DNA of 64,000 nt from an uncultured virus (IMG/VR IMGVR_UViG_3300030101_004641) (lineage: Duplodnaviria > Heunggongvirae > Uroviricota > Caudoviricetes), in IMG/VR virus record IMGVR_UViG_3300030101_004641. One strand, given 5' to 3'. The position numbers and the translations under genes were made by a program. Positions 40,327-50,820 of this stretch are shown piece after piece (position 1 is the stretch's first letter; every line of letters begins with the position of its first letter). A model generated the notes under the pieces. The model was not told the DNA's origin. It was given only the letters and a program-made list of their open reading frames with translations, and did not search any database.

Positions 40327-41118
40327 TTAGTAGAATCCACCTTGAACATTACAATAGAATCCATTTGTTAAAGCAGTGGCACCACTAGCAGCTACGTATA
40401 AAGCTTGACCTCTCTTTAACATTAATCCTCTTTGTTTTGGAGCTAATGAAGCATTAGCACTTCCAAAGTTAGATCCAGCTTGAACAGTAGGGTGATTTAT
40501 AAAAGGCAATATTTGTTCTTGAGTAAGACTATAATTTTGCTGAGAAGAGTCTATACTTGCCACAAATAAAGGGAAAAATTGATTTATGTTTGTCACCACA
40601 CCCGTATTTACTAAATAAAAGCAAAAATCAATAGGTAAAGATACAGCAACATTTCCTGTTATTGTTGATCCAACAGATGGAATAGTCACGTCAAAAGTAG
40701 TGGCTGTGAAATTAGTAGTATCTAAAACTGTAAATGTATCGTCCTTTGGAACCGTGCCTGAACTATATGTAGTGAAATCTAAAAATACGTTTTGACCAAT
40801 TTCTAAATTATGTCCAGATGAAATAGTAACTGTACAAGTAGTGCTATTAGCTGAATATGTTCCTGTAGGCGCAGTAACAGCATCTACAGTTTCTATAACT
40901 CTTTTAGTATATCTAAAAAATATTTCATCTACATACGCTCCACTTATTGCAGTATCTGTTAAAGCCGAATCAACATCAAATACTTTTGTAGCATTACCAA
41001 CAGCTGTTGGAAGTAAACTTATTAAAAAAGATTGCCCTGATGAAACCGTGCATAATGTGGAAGCGGTTGCTGGGCGATCCACCATTAATGGTTGTTTGTT
41101 TGAACTACTACTTGACAC
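40327..41118 (-). CDS. Virion structural protein
   Basis: Contains one GHNLEIGQNVFLDF beta repeat. Confidence 0.6.
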   Translation of the reverse strand: MSSSSSNKQPLMVDRPATASTLCTVSSGQSFLISLLPTAVGNATKVFDVDSALTDTAISGAYVDEIFFRYTKRVIETVDAVTAPTGTYSANSTTCTVTISSGHNLEIGQNVFLDFTTYSSGTVPKDDTFTVLDTTNFTATTFDVTIPSVGSTITGNVAVSLPIDFCFYLVNTGVVTNINQFFPLFVASIDSSQQNYSLTQEQILPFINHPTVQAGSNFGSANASLAPKQRGLMLKRGQALYVAASGATALTNGFYCNVQGGFY

Positions 41119-41166
41119 TGTTACTTTCTAAAAGACTTAGTTTAATTATATAGGAAGGTTTTTTTC

Positions 41167-41334
41167 CTATTTTTTATCTTTTTTACTTTTTTTAGATTTA
41201 GCATCTTTAGCTTTTTCTAAAGCTTCTTTACGTTTTTCTTTGTCAGACATTTTTTCACCACTACCATCATTTTTCTTTTTATTCTTGTTCTTAAAATATT
41301 CAAGAAGCTGGGGAGGCATTTTTCCTTTAGCCAT
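41167..41334 (-). CDS. Small Lys-rich protein (55 aa)
   Basis: Manual translation MAKGKMPPQLLEYFKNKNKKKNDG...KKSKKDKK. Confidence 0.6.
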   Translation of the reverse strand: MAKGKMPPQLLEYFKNKNKKKNDGSGEKMSDKEKRKEALEKAKDAKSKKSKKDKK

Positions 41335-41977
41335 CAGAATTCTCCATTCTAGATACAGGTACAGAAGCTACAAAACGATTAGGTAGAAAATCACCTCTAA
41401 CAGTTGGATCTCTTAAGTAATCTCTTTCTGCAGTAAAGATGTCTACTCTTCTGTCTCCTGCCATTCTAGTACGTCCTCTACCTTCGGCAAACGGGTTTTT
41501 TTGAAGTCTTTCACCTTGACCATAAATATTTTTATCTCTTCTTATGCCTAGAGTATATCCAAGTTGTGTGCGAGGTAAAACAGACATTTATATAGCAGCT
41601 ATATTAAATAACACTGTTGCATCAGTTCCGCCAGCCTCACTGACAAATACAGCTTTAACAAATTTTACAGGTTTATCAGCAACACTATAAATAGAAGTCC
41701 CGTTTGAGGTAATAGTCTGAGCTGCAATAATAGGAGCATAATTAGTACCATCTATACTTCCATCTAAACGAACAACTACGTTAGTGTTAATTGAAGCTAC
41801 TGTAGCCGTTAAAGTATAAGTTTTTGTAGCAAAAAAATTATTTGATGCTACCTGTAAAACACTACCATCTCCAGGTGCAGTTAAAGTCGTATCAGTAAAA
41901 AATATTGTGTCTTGAAAGTAGGTTACTGCCATTACAAATTTACAATTCTTTCCTTAAGAATAACAGGGGGAAATGTT

Positions 41978-42457
41978 TTATCTGTGACTCATTTCTAAGA
42001 ATAAACGTGTACCCACAGCTACATCGGCTGGACCTGGTAAAGCTTGAATAAACTCTGCACCTTCTCTATTAAATCTATATCTAGCTTGTTCTGGATTACG
42101 ATAATTAGGAACATAAAGATGCATTGCTAATCTATCTGTTTCGTAAATATAAATTTCTGTCCAAGTTTTTAATGTCTCACGAAAGTCTGAAGTAGAAACG
42201 GTACGATCAACATCACCAAGAATACTTTCTATTCTATTTTTTGGGATATTATCGTTATTAATACTTCCTGTCATATCAGTTCTTTTTTCGGCTTCATCAC
42301 ATCTGCCAACTTGCTCTACAATTTTAGTTACCCAAAAAGAATCTTGCACATTGTTAAGTGCTTCTTCTAATCTAGCTTGGTCACCGGCTGGTATAGAAGT
42401 TATGTTATAACCTAAATGCCAACGTACTTTTGACTGTAAAAAGGTATCGAGCTTCAT
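41978..42457 (-). CDS. Probable head-completion/adaptor protein
   Basis: KVRWHLGY helical N-terminus; position downstream of capsid genes. Confidence 0.45.
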   Translation of the reverse strand: MKLDTFLQSKVRWHLGYNITSIPAGDQARLEEALNNVQDSFWVTKIVEQVGRCDEAEKRTDMTGSINNDNIPKNRIESILGDVDRTVSTSDFRETLKTWTEIYIYETDRLAMHLYVPNYRNPEQARYRFNREGAEFIQALPGPADVAVGTRLFLEMSHR

Positions 42458-42482
42458 TCAAACAAGTAAAATACACCTGCTA

Positions 42483-42923
42483 TTAGTCTACTCTCACTAA
42501 GTTCTCTTTAAAAATTGCATCCCAATCAATTCTTTTGATTCCTCTTAACTGTTCTAGCTTTGTATATCTTTCTCCTGTCATTGTTGTTTGTAAATCTTTT
42601 ATGTCTCTAGCAGTCTTTAAACCAACTCCAGGGAGAGTATCGGCAATTTGTCTTGCACTTGCAGTGTTTATATTTAAACGTCTATCAAGAGGAAAAGTTT
42701 CTCTGTTGGTTGGTTTTGCATTTTTATCTCCGGTAGCTTTTAACTCCGCAGTCAATCTTTCCTCTGTTTTTATTTTTTCACTGGTTGCTTCTAAATGTGG
42801 AATTAAATCATCTTCATGTACATAATCCACTTCATCATTTGCATTAACTACCATAAAGATTCCTTCCCCGTGCTGAGATATCTTCTCGACCAAACCACCA
42901 GTGACTTTGTGTTGATATAACAT
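42483..42923 (-). CDS. Helix-hairpin-helix (ComEA/HHH_3-like) DNA-binding protein
   Basis: LNINTASARQIADTLPGVGLKTARDI...YTKLEQL. Confidence 0.85.
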   Translation of the reverse strand: MLYQHKVTGGLVEKISQHGEGIFMVVNANDEVDYVHEDDLIPHLEATSEKIKTEERLTAELKATGDKNAKPTNRETFPLDRRLNINTASARQIADTLPGVGLKTARDIKDLQTTMTGERYTKLEQLRGIKRIDWDAIFKENLVRVD

Positions 42924-42977
42924 AATAAGAATTGTTTTCCTCTAATTTAGCTTACCTTAATAATTTTTTATTGACAA

Positions 42978-43008
42978 TAAAAAAGCGAGTCGAGAGACTC
43001 GCCTTTTT
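42978..43008. terminator. Bidirectional rho-independent terminator after the capsid operon
   Basis: A-tract, GCGAGTC-gaga-GACTCGC stem, T-tract. Confidence 0.85.
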
Positions 43009-43030
43009 GGTAATTCTATAAAGATATAGA

Positions 43031-43858
43031 TTATGAATCTGTTCCACCGACTTGTGAAGCAAAATCCACAAATGCTTCAACATCGCTCCAAGCAACAGCT
43101 TTAGCTGGGCGTAGATAGTTTACACGACATACAATGTATGCTGCTCTACCTGCATCTGAATCATCTTGTGAGATAAATACACCATCGCCACTAACTGTAG
43201 TATTTGTGACAGCATCAACATTATAAACTTTGAAAGTTGTGTCTGCTGTTACTTTATACAACATAGCGTTTGCAGCATCCTGATCATCAATACCAGATGT
43301 TGTAACAGCACTCCAAAAAGGAATTTTTGCTAATGTTACATTTTCTGATCCTTGAGTAAACAATGAACTAGCTGCAGTTAGCGTACTAGACGCTGCTGCT
43401 AATCCATTTGCCTGTGTAGAAGGTACACCAAGAGGTGCGCCACTATTATCAGGGCCTAAAAGCAATAACTCAGAGGTTGTACCACCGAGATCTGCTGTTA
43501 TTGGTTGCGCTGGGAAGCCAGGAAGTCCACCTTCTGCTGTAGTAGGCTTGTCCTGTGCGATTGATATGGAAGCTCCATAAACATATGCAGGTCTAACTGC
43601 ATCCGCTTGAACTACTAAGCTAGTACGATCATCTCTTACACGATCGCTAACTCTTCTATCTGGAGAAGGAACAGTAATGTTAAAGCTCTTGTTATCTGCT
43701 TTAGCAGCTGTTAAATTAGTTACCTTTACATAACCAATTAATTCAAAAGCTTCAAATCCTGGCCAACCAAATACACCTTCATTGTTAAATGAGGATAAGC
43801 GGTTAATCTGATTACCGGGCTGTAGGATAGCTCCGGCTTCTTCTTTATAAGATGCCAT
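43031..43858 (-). CDS. Probable capsid decoration / minor capsid protein
   Basis: Directly after MCP, with strong RBS (GAGGT) and shared terminator. Confidence 0.55.
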   Translation of the reverse strand: MASYKEEAGAILQPGNQINRLSSFNNEGVFGWPGFEAFELIGYVKVTNLTAAKADNKSFNITVPSPDRRVSDRVRDDRTSLVVQADAVRPAYVYGASISIAQDKPTTAEGGLPGFPAQPITADLGGTTSELLLLGPDNSGAPLGVPSTQANGLAAASSTLTAASSLFTQGSENVTLAKIPFWSAVTTSGIDDQDAANAMLYKVTADTTFKVYNVDAVTNTTVSGDGVFISQDDSDAGRAAYIVCRVNYLRPAKAVAWSDVEAFVDFASQVGGTDS

Positions 43859-43874
43859 TAGTTAATACCTCCTA

Positions 43875-45020
43875 TTACTCTGTAATTGTGAAGGCAGTGG
43901 TAATGAAGTCCTTATTCAAGTTCGCAAAGCCAGCATATAGCTGCCAAATAAGAATGATAAATCTTGAAAAATCATCATTATTATTAATTAGAACCTGAGC
44001 ATTAGGACCACCGATACCAACACCGATAGCTTGAGGACCAAAAAATAGTCCTGCTGGAGTTGTCTTAGATACAGCTCCACCTCCATCTCCAATATCGACC
44101 GTAATTGTTTTTGATGGGAAGTTTGTAGATTCAAAGAATCTTACTCCTTCGAATACGAATCCAGAAGGCATAACTGGCTCACCAGCTACGAACTGAGCTT
44201 GTCCATACTGTCCACCAGCATAGAGTGCTTGGTTAGGACCCATTGCACCCATTAAAGGTGAACCTTGTCCCATTCCTGGATATCTAGCTACCTCACGGAA
44301 GCCTTGATCAGCCCTTAGATCTTTCATGAATGAAGGATCTGCAATGCAACGATAATAACCGTCTGCAAATACTGGTACGTGACGCTTTCTTAAACTCTTA
44401 ACTACCTCAAGAAGGTCAGTTTTTACATTAAACTTAAAACGCTCAGAAGCATATTCTGTAGCAGAGTATGAGTTTAGTGTTGTGGAGTTAGATTTTGTCT
44501 TTGTATTTGGATAGTAATAACCACCCTGTGTATCAGATGAAGCACCACGAGATTCAGATTTGAATAATTCATCAATGAATACTCTGTCTCTCCATCTTCT
44601 ATAGTCATCTAATAAAGTCAGTGAGCCAATTGACTGATGGAACATATTAAGGTTCCCAGTATCAAGCAGCAAACGCTGAGCTGTCATTAGGGTTTCTCTA
44701 GCAATTTTAAATGTGCTAGGAAGATTTGTATTATTAGGGTCAGCTGGACCTGTATACTCTCTTAGAGATACAAGTACTTTGTCCTTTACGATAGATCTGC
44801 TATTCGCTGTTCCAATAGTCTGGTCCTGAGTCCTCTCTCTAGAGGTCTTAGTTCCTGGATTACCGAAGAAACGATAACGGTCTAACTGAACGGTCTGCCC
44901 TGGCTGCTTAGTGAAGTCATGTACTACCACAGGCTCAGAGGCCATCTCAACGATGTACGCTGGATGTGGACGGTACAGCTCGGCACCAAGCAGCTTCGGA
45001 AAATCGTTATCTATAAACAT
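43875..45020 (-). CDS. Major capsid protein (HK97 fold, N4-gp56-like)
   Basis: KQPGQTVQLDRY, GFVFEGVRFFESTN, FFGPQAIG; follows portal and scaffold; high-expression codon usage. Confidence 0.85.
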   Translation of the reverse strand: MFIDNDFPKLLGAELYRPHPAYIVEMASEPVVVHDFTKQPGQTVQLDRYRFFGNPGTKTSRERTQDQTIGTANSRSIVKDKVLVSLREYTGPADPNNTNLPSTFKIARETLMTAQRLLLDTGNLNMFHQSIGSLTLLDDYRRWRDRVFIDELFKSESRGASSDTQGGYYYPNTKTKSNSTTLNSYSATEYASERFKFNVKTDLLEVVKSLRKRHVPVFADGYYRCIADPSFMKDLRADQGFREVARYPGMGQGSPLMGAMGPNQALYAGGQYGQAQFVAGEPVMPSGFVFEGVRFFESTNFPSKTITVDIGDGGGAVSKTTPAGLFFGPQAIGVGIGGPNAQVLINNNDDFSRFIILIWQLYAGFANLNKDFITTAFTITE

Positions 45021-45806
45021 TTTTAGAAGTCAGCTAGGTTTGCTGATAGTGAACACTGGAAAAAAATTCCAATATATAAATTATAAATTGACTTAATATT
45101 CTACTTATTTAAGTTTCAGGGTTTATTACCGACTGAGTTGTAGTCCCATTAAGCATATTTCCTAAAGAATATGTTGTTGGCGGAACAGTACCAATCCTTC
45201 CCATTGGGTTTATATATCCGTCTTCAGGTTGTAAATCAGCTTCGCCAGCAGCAGCCATTTCATCTTCAAGATCCATTAGGTCTTGAGCCATTTCAGCCAT
45301 TCTTACAGCTTTTTTTGCTTTTTTAGTGTCCATTTACTTCTTACCTTTTTTTAATTCTAAAGGAGGCTGACCTACAGGTAATTGAGTTAATCCAGCTAAG
45401 GGTAAAAATCTTGCTAGAAACAACTGTTCTTGCGATAACATTATGTCTTGTCTTTGCTGAGCAACATCAAGATTTCTTGGTGTTAATAAACCATTAGCTC
45501 CTAAAGGAGATCCAGGCAAATTTAATTTTACATAGGAAGCATCTAAATCAGAAGGCATTGCCGCTGATTGACCAATCCTTGTATCTCCTTGTCTCATCCT
45601 ATAAGTTGCGTATTCGTCTACACTCCCTTTAATTAACTGGTTCTGTAAATCACTTGCACCAAAGTTAATTAGTTGCGGTGATCCTATAGCTCCTCCTGAA
45701 GTGCCAAGACCTGCTAAAAATTGGTCAGCTTTTTCGTTTGTAGTAGGTTTTTTCTTTTTTTTCATAATTAGAAATTAAATGGGGTGTTTTACCACCCCTT
45801 TAAAAT

Positions 45807-46811
45807 TTACTCCATTACGAGAAGTTTTTGACGGAATACTTCAGGATTCTGTTGAGCAGCATTTAAGTAACGCCATGCATTTTGTGGGTCACGATCTGCA
45901 GCCCCGCCAAAATCTTTCCAGAAATCTGTAGGATCGGCTGCGGCTTGTGGTCTTGGTGGAACAGGCATCTCAGGTCTTGTAGGAGCTTGAGCCTGTACTT
46001 GTGGATTCTGTATTTGCTGACCTGCAAATGTAGGAGCTTGTGGAGCTGCATATGCTGGTCTATCTTCTTCAACTGGATATGGTCCTTCTGGTCCGAAGAA
46101 TTCACATGTATAGTCAGCTAATACGTCTGGATCTGTCAATATCTGCTCATAAGCTTTATGTTCAGCAGACATCTCTTGTAATAAACCAATTGCTTCAGCT
46201 AACTGTTGATTAGTTGTTATTAATGAGTCCTCAATCTGACAAGCATAGTTATTAAGAATATTTGGAGCATCTGCACCAAAGTGCTGGAGTACTTCAATAC
46301 TATCTGGACTTACCCCGTTTGCTAGGAGTGCTTCCTCTGTCAGGACCTGAGAAGTTTGGGAAGAGTTGTTGGAGTATGCCTGGTTGTTGTTGTTCGAAGG
46401 CGTATAAGTCTGCTGAGCCGGATTGCTGTACTGGGTTGTTTGTTGGTATCCGTAATTGCCCTGCTCTGTTGCTGGGTTTGCCACTGACTGTTGACCCTGG
46501 AACGGGAATTGGACTGGTGAACTCAGGAGTCCTACCACTCTGTTGAATGCGTCCTTGTATGGGTTCTCCGCTTGTGGGCTCGCCTGTTGTGGCTGGGGGC
46601 TGTACGCTGTAGGGGCGGATTGGTAACCCTGTACCCCCATCTGGGCTTGCACTTGTGGTGCTGGTGCCACCTGAGTTGTTGTCGGTGCCACCCATTGTGG
46701 GGAAGTTGCTACTGAAGGAGCCTGAGCTGAACTCTGAGCCACGTAGCTGGTCTGTGGGGTCTGGGATACTTGGGGTGCTGATTGGGTCTGAGCTGCGGTA
46801 GCGTCCTGCAT
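45807..46811 (-). CDS. Probable scaffold protein (Gln/Pro-rich)
   Basis: Between portal and MCP; GAGGT RBS; coiled-coil core. Confidence 0.65.
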   Translation of the reverse strand: MQDATAAQTQSAPQVSQTPQTSYVAQSSAQAPSVATSPQWVAPTTTQVAPAPQVQAQMGVQGYQSAPTAYSPQPQQASPQAENPYKDAFNRVVGLLSSPVQFPFQGQQSVANPATEQGNYGYQQTTQYSNPAQQTYTPSNNNNQAYSNNSSQTSQVLTEEALLANGVSPDSIEVLQHFGADAPNILNNYACQIEDSLITTNQQLAEAIGLLQEMSAEHKAYEQILTDPDVLADYTCEFFGPEGPYPVEEDRPAYAAPQAPTFAGQQIQNPQVQAQAPTRPEMPVPPRPQAAADPTDFWKDFGGAADRDPQNAWRYLNAAQQNPEVFRQKLLVME

Positions 46812-48558
46812 AAGTTACCTCTTTCTGTAATGATTCTAATGTTCTGTATAAAAATGGAGTTAGATCAAGACGTGGATCTGCGGCCATTGGTAGGTTAGGC
46901 TGCTGAGGGTGTGGAGTCCTCATCTCCTGATTTATAAGATCAATAAATGAAGAATACGCCCTTTGTACTTCTCCTACCATTCTGAATGGAAAACCGGAAA
47001 GCATCCCAGCAATTTCGTCATCAGTTTTAGAAGGAAATAAATACTTCAGTGCTTCTATACTATCAACCCCCAATTCTTGAAGGTTTCTAGTAAATATAGA
47101 TTGGTTCAATTTATCCTGTGCTGTGTCCTCATATACAGGACCCATCCATCTCCAAAGAACCGTTCTATCACCATCAGGTGCAAGCCCTACAACACCATCT
47201 GGAATTTCTTGTTTTTCTAATGCTTCAGTAATAGTAGCTTGTAATTTTTTCTCATATCTTTCTTTTTGTTTATCATATTTTTGTAATGCTTTTTCTAATT
47301 CTTTTGGATCCTCTGAATCTTCGGGTGGAACAGGATATTTTATTCCTGCTGAAAATGCAAGAGATTTTCTAAATATCTGTTCTTCTTGATAAATAATTAA
47401 TTCAAAAACTTTACAAATTCCATACTGATAAATTTGTAGACATTTCTTTTTAGCTGTAGCACTAACTCGACCGTATGCGGATTTAATTTCAGTTGCTGTT
47501 ACGTTAGTAATACTTAAATCATCTATGCCACCAAGTGCTAATCTAATTTCACTTCTTAATTGTTCTGTGTAACGAGCCTGATCAGATCCTACAGGATTTG
47601 GTGTAATAAAACCAACACGATCTGAAGGTTCTAAATTAGCTATAACTCTTGGAACTCTCATGCCACTTCCTGGCCTTCCAGAGTATCCAGCAGGAGCTCT
47701 TGTTACTGGATCAGATTTATATGTAGAACTAAATAAATCAACATTGGAGCCAAAACCGGATTGACTAGATATACTTGGTCTTTGTGCAGTTTCAGAATCA
47801 CTTTCTACAATGTCTTGTTTTGGTCTAGATGAAAGGAGAGTTGGATTACCAAAAAATGATAAGTTCGCTCTAATATTTTTTACCATTTCATCGTGAGCAA
47901 TAATCTGATTGGCTAAAAATTCAAACTCACCTGATCCATCAGTTCCAAATGCATCAGGATTATTAAATACTTCTACACAAGGAATAAATTCCATAGTATT
48001 TTCTACAGTTTTTTTATCAAAAGATGCAAAAGTTGTAGTCTCTTGATCAAACTTTAATTCTTGCTCACTATGAATCTCTTCTATTTCTTTTGCAGTAATT
48101 TTTAATCTCATATATCTTTTATCTGTATTTAAACCAACACCAGAAAAACCTTTAGAAGATTTAACCTTGTACGGATAGATAACTACTACTTCTTCGAGTT
48201 CTCCTTCTGGAGAATAATATGATCTGTAAGAATCTTTATTAAACCAATAAATCCTATATGATTTCTTTGTAGGTCTTATATAAAATAAACCTTTTCCATA
48301 AGCTAAAAATCTATCCCATATGGCATCAAGTCTTGCATCTAATTGATTAAATTTAATAACCTGTTGTATCAAATCAAATCGTTGAGTTCCAAAATTATCC
48401 TGCATGGGATAAAACTCAACTCCCTGTCTTATACCAAACATCTTCATCTGGGATAAGTGGGAACTAAGTAGCATAGTATCTGCAGTTCCCTTACCGTCCC
48501 TTGTGATGACGGATTTGATCATATCTTCCAGAATAGATTTGCTATTGCTTTCACTCAT
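46300..48558 (-). CDS. Portal protein with a C-terminal extension overlapping the scaffold gene
   Basis: Between terminase and capsid; FIPCVEVFN, FFGNPTL, SIEALKYL portal-like patterns. Confidence 0.75.
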   Translation of the reverse strand: MSESNSKSILEDMIKSVITRDGKGTADTMLLSSHLSQMKMFGIRQGVEFYPMQDNFGTQRFDLIQQVIKFNQLDARLDAIWDRFLAYGKGLFYIRPTKKSYRIYWFNKDSYRSYYSPEGELEEVVVIYPYKVKSSKGFSGVGLNTDKRYMRLKITAKEIEEIHSEQELKFDQETTTFASFDKKTVENTMEFIPCVEVFNNPDAFGTDGSGEFEFLANQIIAHDEMVKNIRANLSFFGNPTLLSSRPKQDIVESDSETAQRPSISSQSGFGSNVDLFSSTYKSDPVTRAPAGYSGRPGSGMRVPRVIANLEPSDRVGFITPNPVGSDQARYTEQLRSEIRLALGGIDDLSITNVTATEIKSAYGRVSATAKKKCLQIYQYGICKVFELIIYQEEQIFRKSLAFSAGIKYPVPPEDSEDPKELEKALQKYDKQKERYEKKLQATITEALEKQEIPDGVVGLAPDGDRTVLWRWMGPVYEDTAQDKLNQSIFTRNLQELGVDSIEALKYLFPSKTDDEIAGMLSGFPFRMVGEVQRAYSSFIDLINQEMRTPHPQQPNLPMAADPRLDLTPFLYRTLESLQKEVTYAGRYRSSDPISTPSIPDPTDQLRGSEFSSGSFSSNFPTMGGTDNNSGGTSTTSASPDGGTGLPIRPYSVQPPATTGEPTSGEPIQGRIQQSGRTPEFTSPIPVPGSTVSGKPSNRAGQLRIPTNNPVQQSGSADLYAFEQQQPGILQQLFPNFSGPDRGSTPSKRGKSR

Positions 48559-48575
48559 TAGATTAAGAACCCAGT

Positions 48576-48758
48576 TTACTGATCAATGGTGTATCCAGCG
48601 TGAACACGTTTTAAGGTAATCACATCTCCCTCACATTCTACTTCAAACCTTTCATTAGGTTCAAGTGCCAAATCGTGGCATAATTCATCAGGAAGAGGAA
48701 TTACAGCAGATCCATATGCATCTTGCTCTAATTCAATTTTGTAATACGTTGGTGCCAT
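48576..48758 (-). CDS. AbrB/MazE-like DNA-binding protein
   Basis: GSAVIPLPDELCHDLALEPNERFEV...ITLKR. Confidence 0.7.
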   Translation of the reverse strand: MAPTYYKIELEQDAYGSAVIPLPDELCHDLALEPNERFEVECEGDVITLKRVHAGYTIDQ

Positions 48759-48786
48759 TGTTTGTTAATAGTAATAGTTTAATTGG

Positions 48787-50310
48787 TCAATACTCTAACT
48801 CAAGTTTGCCACGAGTCATTAACCCATTACATAGCCAGACTAAGGCATCTACACAATCATCATGTGAGCTAACGCCAAAATTTACTATCTCATCAGTTAA
48901 ATGAGTCATTTTTCTAAATTTATTAAATATAATTTTTCGTTGTTCAAAAAGTCCCATGATTCCACGAAATCTTGCAACTTTATCTCCACGGAAACCTTTT
49001 ACTGGATGCCAAATTAGATTATATAAACCTTGCTCCTGTAGACATATTCTTTTAAAGTCTGCTTCTAGTGAAGCTTGATACGCAACTGCCTCTGACCATA
49101 CATCTATTGAACTACCTGTAGGAAAATAATTTTTACCATCTTTATGAATGATTCCCCACTCCTCCATCATTTCCATTAAAAGTTCTAATTTTTCTAAATT
49201 TCCCATAACTCTTACTCTTTTACAATCTATGATGTGGATCTTATCTTTTACTCTCCCTCCCATAACAAAAACTGTATAATCATTCTGTTCTCTAACTCCA
49301 GCAGATAAATCTACTCCAACTCCTAAAGAATCAAACTCTGTAGAAATAGTTCCTTTAACAATTAAATCTGGAGACAATGATAATTCGCTAGTCTGTACAA
49401 TTTGATTTTGATATTGAAAACTAAAGGCTATAGGTGCAATTCTTCTACGATCACCTAAATACTCTAATGACCACATTTCAGGCCAATAAGATGTTTCCTC
49501 TCCCTCTTCATCAACAGTTATTGCAGATTGCACTATTTGTCTCCAACCATTAGCGGGTAAGAAAGTAGTGTTATGAATATCATCATGTCTAAACCTAGTT
49601 CCTAAACAAATAGCTCTTGCTCCTTCAAACATAGTAGGAACAATAACTGCATTCCAGTTATCCTCCATAGCTTGTCTAATATCTTTATTTTTAATATCAT
49701 CAGAACTTTTTATAGCATCATCAATTATACAAAGATGTGATCTTTTCGAGGTAACAGCACCTTTTAATCCTGCACAACATACGGAAAATTCTTCTTCACC
49801 AGTTGATTTTATTCCTGCAAATTTCCAATCAATGCTCCAGTATTCATTAGAATTTATTCCCTTAGCAATCTTAACTGTAGGAAAAATTTCTTTATAAATT
49901 TTACTTTCTTCTATAATTCTTTTTATCGCTGCACTCTTCGGTCTAGCTACATCAACTGTATAAGAAATATATAAAATTTTTAAAGGCATTTTATTTAAAG
50001 CATGTATGCCGATAGCCCATGCTGTATATAGTCCTAATACTGTAGATTTAGCAGATCCTCTTGGAGCAAGTATATCAATATTTGGACCAGCGATACCTCT
50101 TAAACAAACACTGTCATCTCCTGTGCATAAATATTTATGCCATTCAAGATGATGTTTAGCTGGTGGTTTTCCCCCTACAACATCACAAAAGTATGCAAAA
50201 TTTTTTCTAGCCTTTTCAACATCTACATTAGAAGTTTTCTTTACGACTTGTTGTTTTGCAGCTGCCCTTGCTGTGCGTCTATAAACGCTATAGATACTAG
50301 TTCCTGCCAT
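48787..50310 (-). CDS. terL: Terminase large subunit
   Basis: Walker A APRGSAKS, Walker B LCIIDD, GTRF, nuclease GVDLS...HDDCVDA. Confidence 0.95.
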   Translation of the reverse strand: MAGTSIYSVYRRTARAAAKQQVVKKTSNVDVEKARKNFAYFCDVVGGKPPAKHHLEWHKYLCTGDDSVCLRGIAGPNIDILAPRGSAKSTVLGLYTAWAIGIHALNKMPLKILYISYTVDVARPKSAAIKRIIEESKIYKEIFPTVKIAKGINSNEYWSIDWKFAGIKSTGEEEFSVCCAGLKGAVTSKRSHLCIIDDAIKSSDDIKNKDIRQAMEDNWNAVIVPTMFEGARAICLGTRFRHDDIHNTTFLPANGWRQIVQSAITVDEEGEETSYWPEMWSLEYLGDRRRIAPIAFSFQYQNQIVQTSELSLSPDLIVKGTISTEFDSLGVGVDLSAGVREQNDYTVFVMGGRVKDKIHIIDCKRVRVMGNLEKLELLMEMMEEWGIIHKDGKNYFPTGSSIDVWSEAVAYQASLEADFKRICLQEQGLYNLIWHPVKGFRGDKVARFRGIMGLFEQRKIIFNKFRKMTHLTDEIVNFGVSSHDDCVDALVWLCNGLMTRGKLELEY

Positions 50311-50334
50311 GTATGTAGCATAGCGTATTTTCTT

Positions 50335-50820
50335 CTAAGATTCTTCTTGTAATATTTTTGTCCAAACTCCCATTGATGCTTCTTGTAAAGGACCCTCTAT
50401 AGGATCATCTCTAAAAATAGATAACATTTCTCTTAATGCTCTATCCGCACCAGCAAGAATTAATCCTTGTTTATCTTGTAAAATCTTTTTATCCTCAATT
50501 TGTTTTATAGCCCCACGTAATTCCTTTTGTAACATTGCAATTCTTGCAGCACCCATATCCTGTTTAACTAGACCCATATCAATGGCCTGTCTTAATTTAG
50601 AAATATCATCCTGCATATTATCAATTTCTCTTTCTAAAACTTTGTTAAAATTTCGTTTTTTATATTCTTTTTCAGACCATTCATTACATTCCACTATTGT
50701 CCCTTGAAATCCTAAAAATCGGGAAAATAAATATATTTGCACTGGTGAAGCAGTTTTCTTACAAAATTGAAAAAAGGATTCTCGATCTTTATTATTTAAA
50801 GATTGAATCCATTGCTTCAT
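50335..50820 (-). CDS. Possible terminase small subunit
   Basis: Helical, directly upstream of terL; position only. Confidence 0.4.
   Translation of the reverse strand: MKQWIQSLNNKDRESFFQFCKKTASPVQIYLFSRFLGFQGTIVECNEWSEKEYKKRNFNKVLEREIDNMQDDISKLRQAIDMGLVKQDMGAARIAMLQKELRGAIKQIEDKKILQDKQGLILAGADRALREMLSIFRDDPIEGPLQEASMGVWTKILQEES

Noticed and set aside
42483..42923. PsbU call for the HhH protein
   Set aside because: No thylakoid signal peptide, and the context is structural; a generic HhH call fits better.
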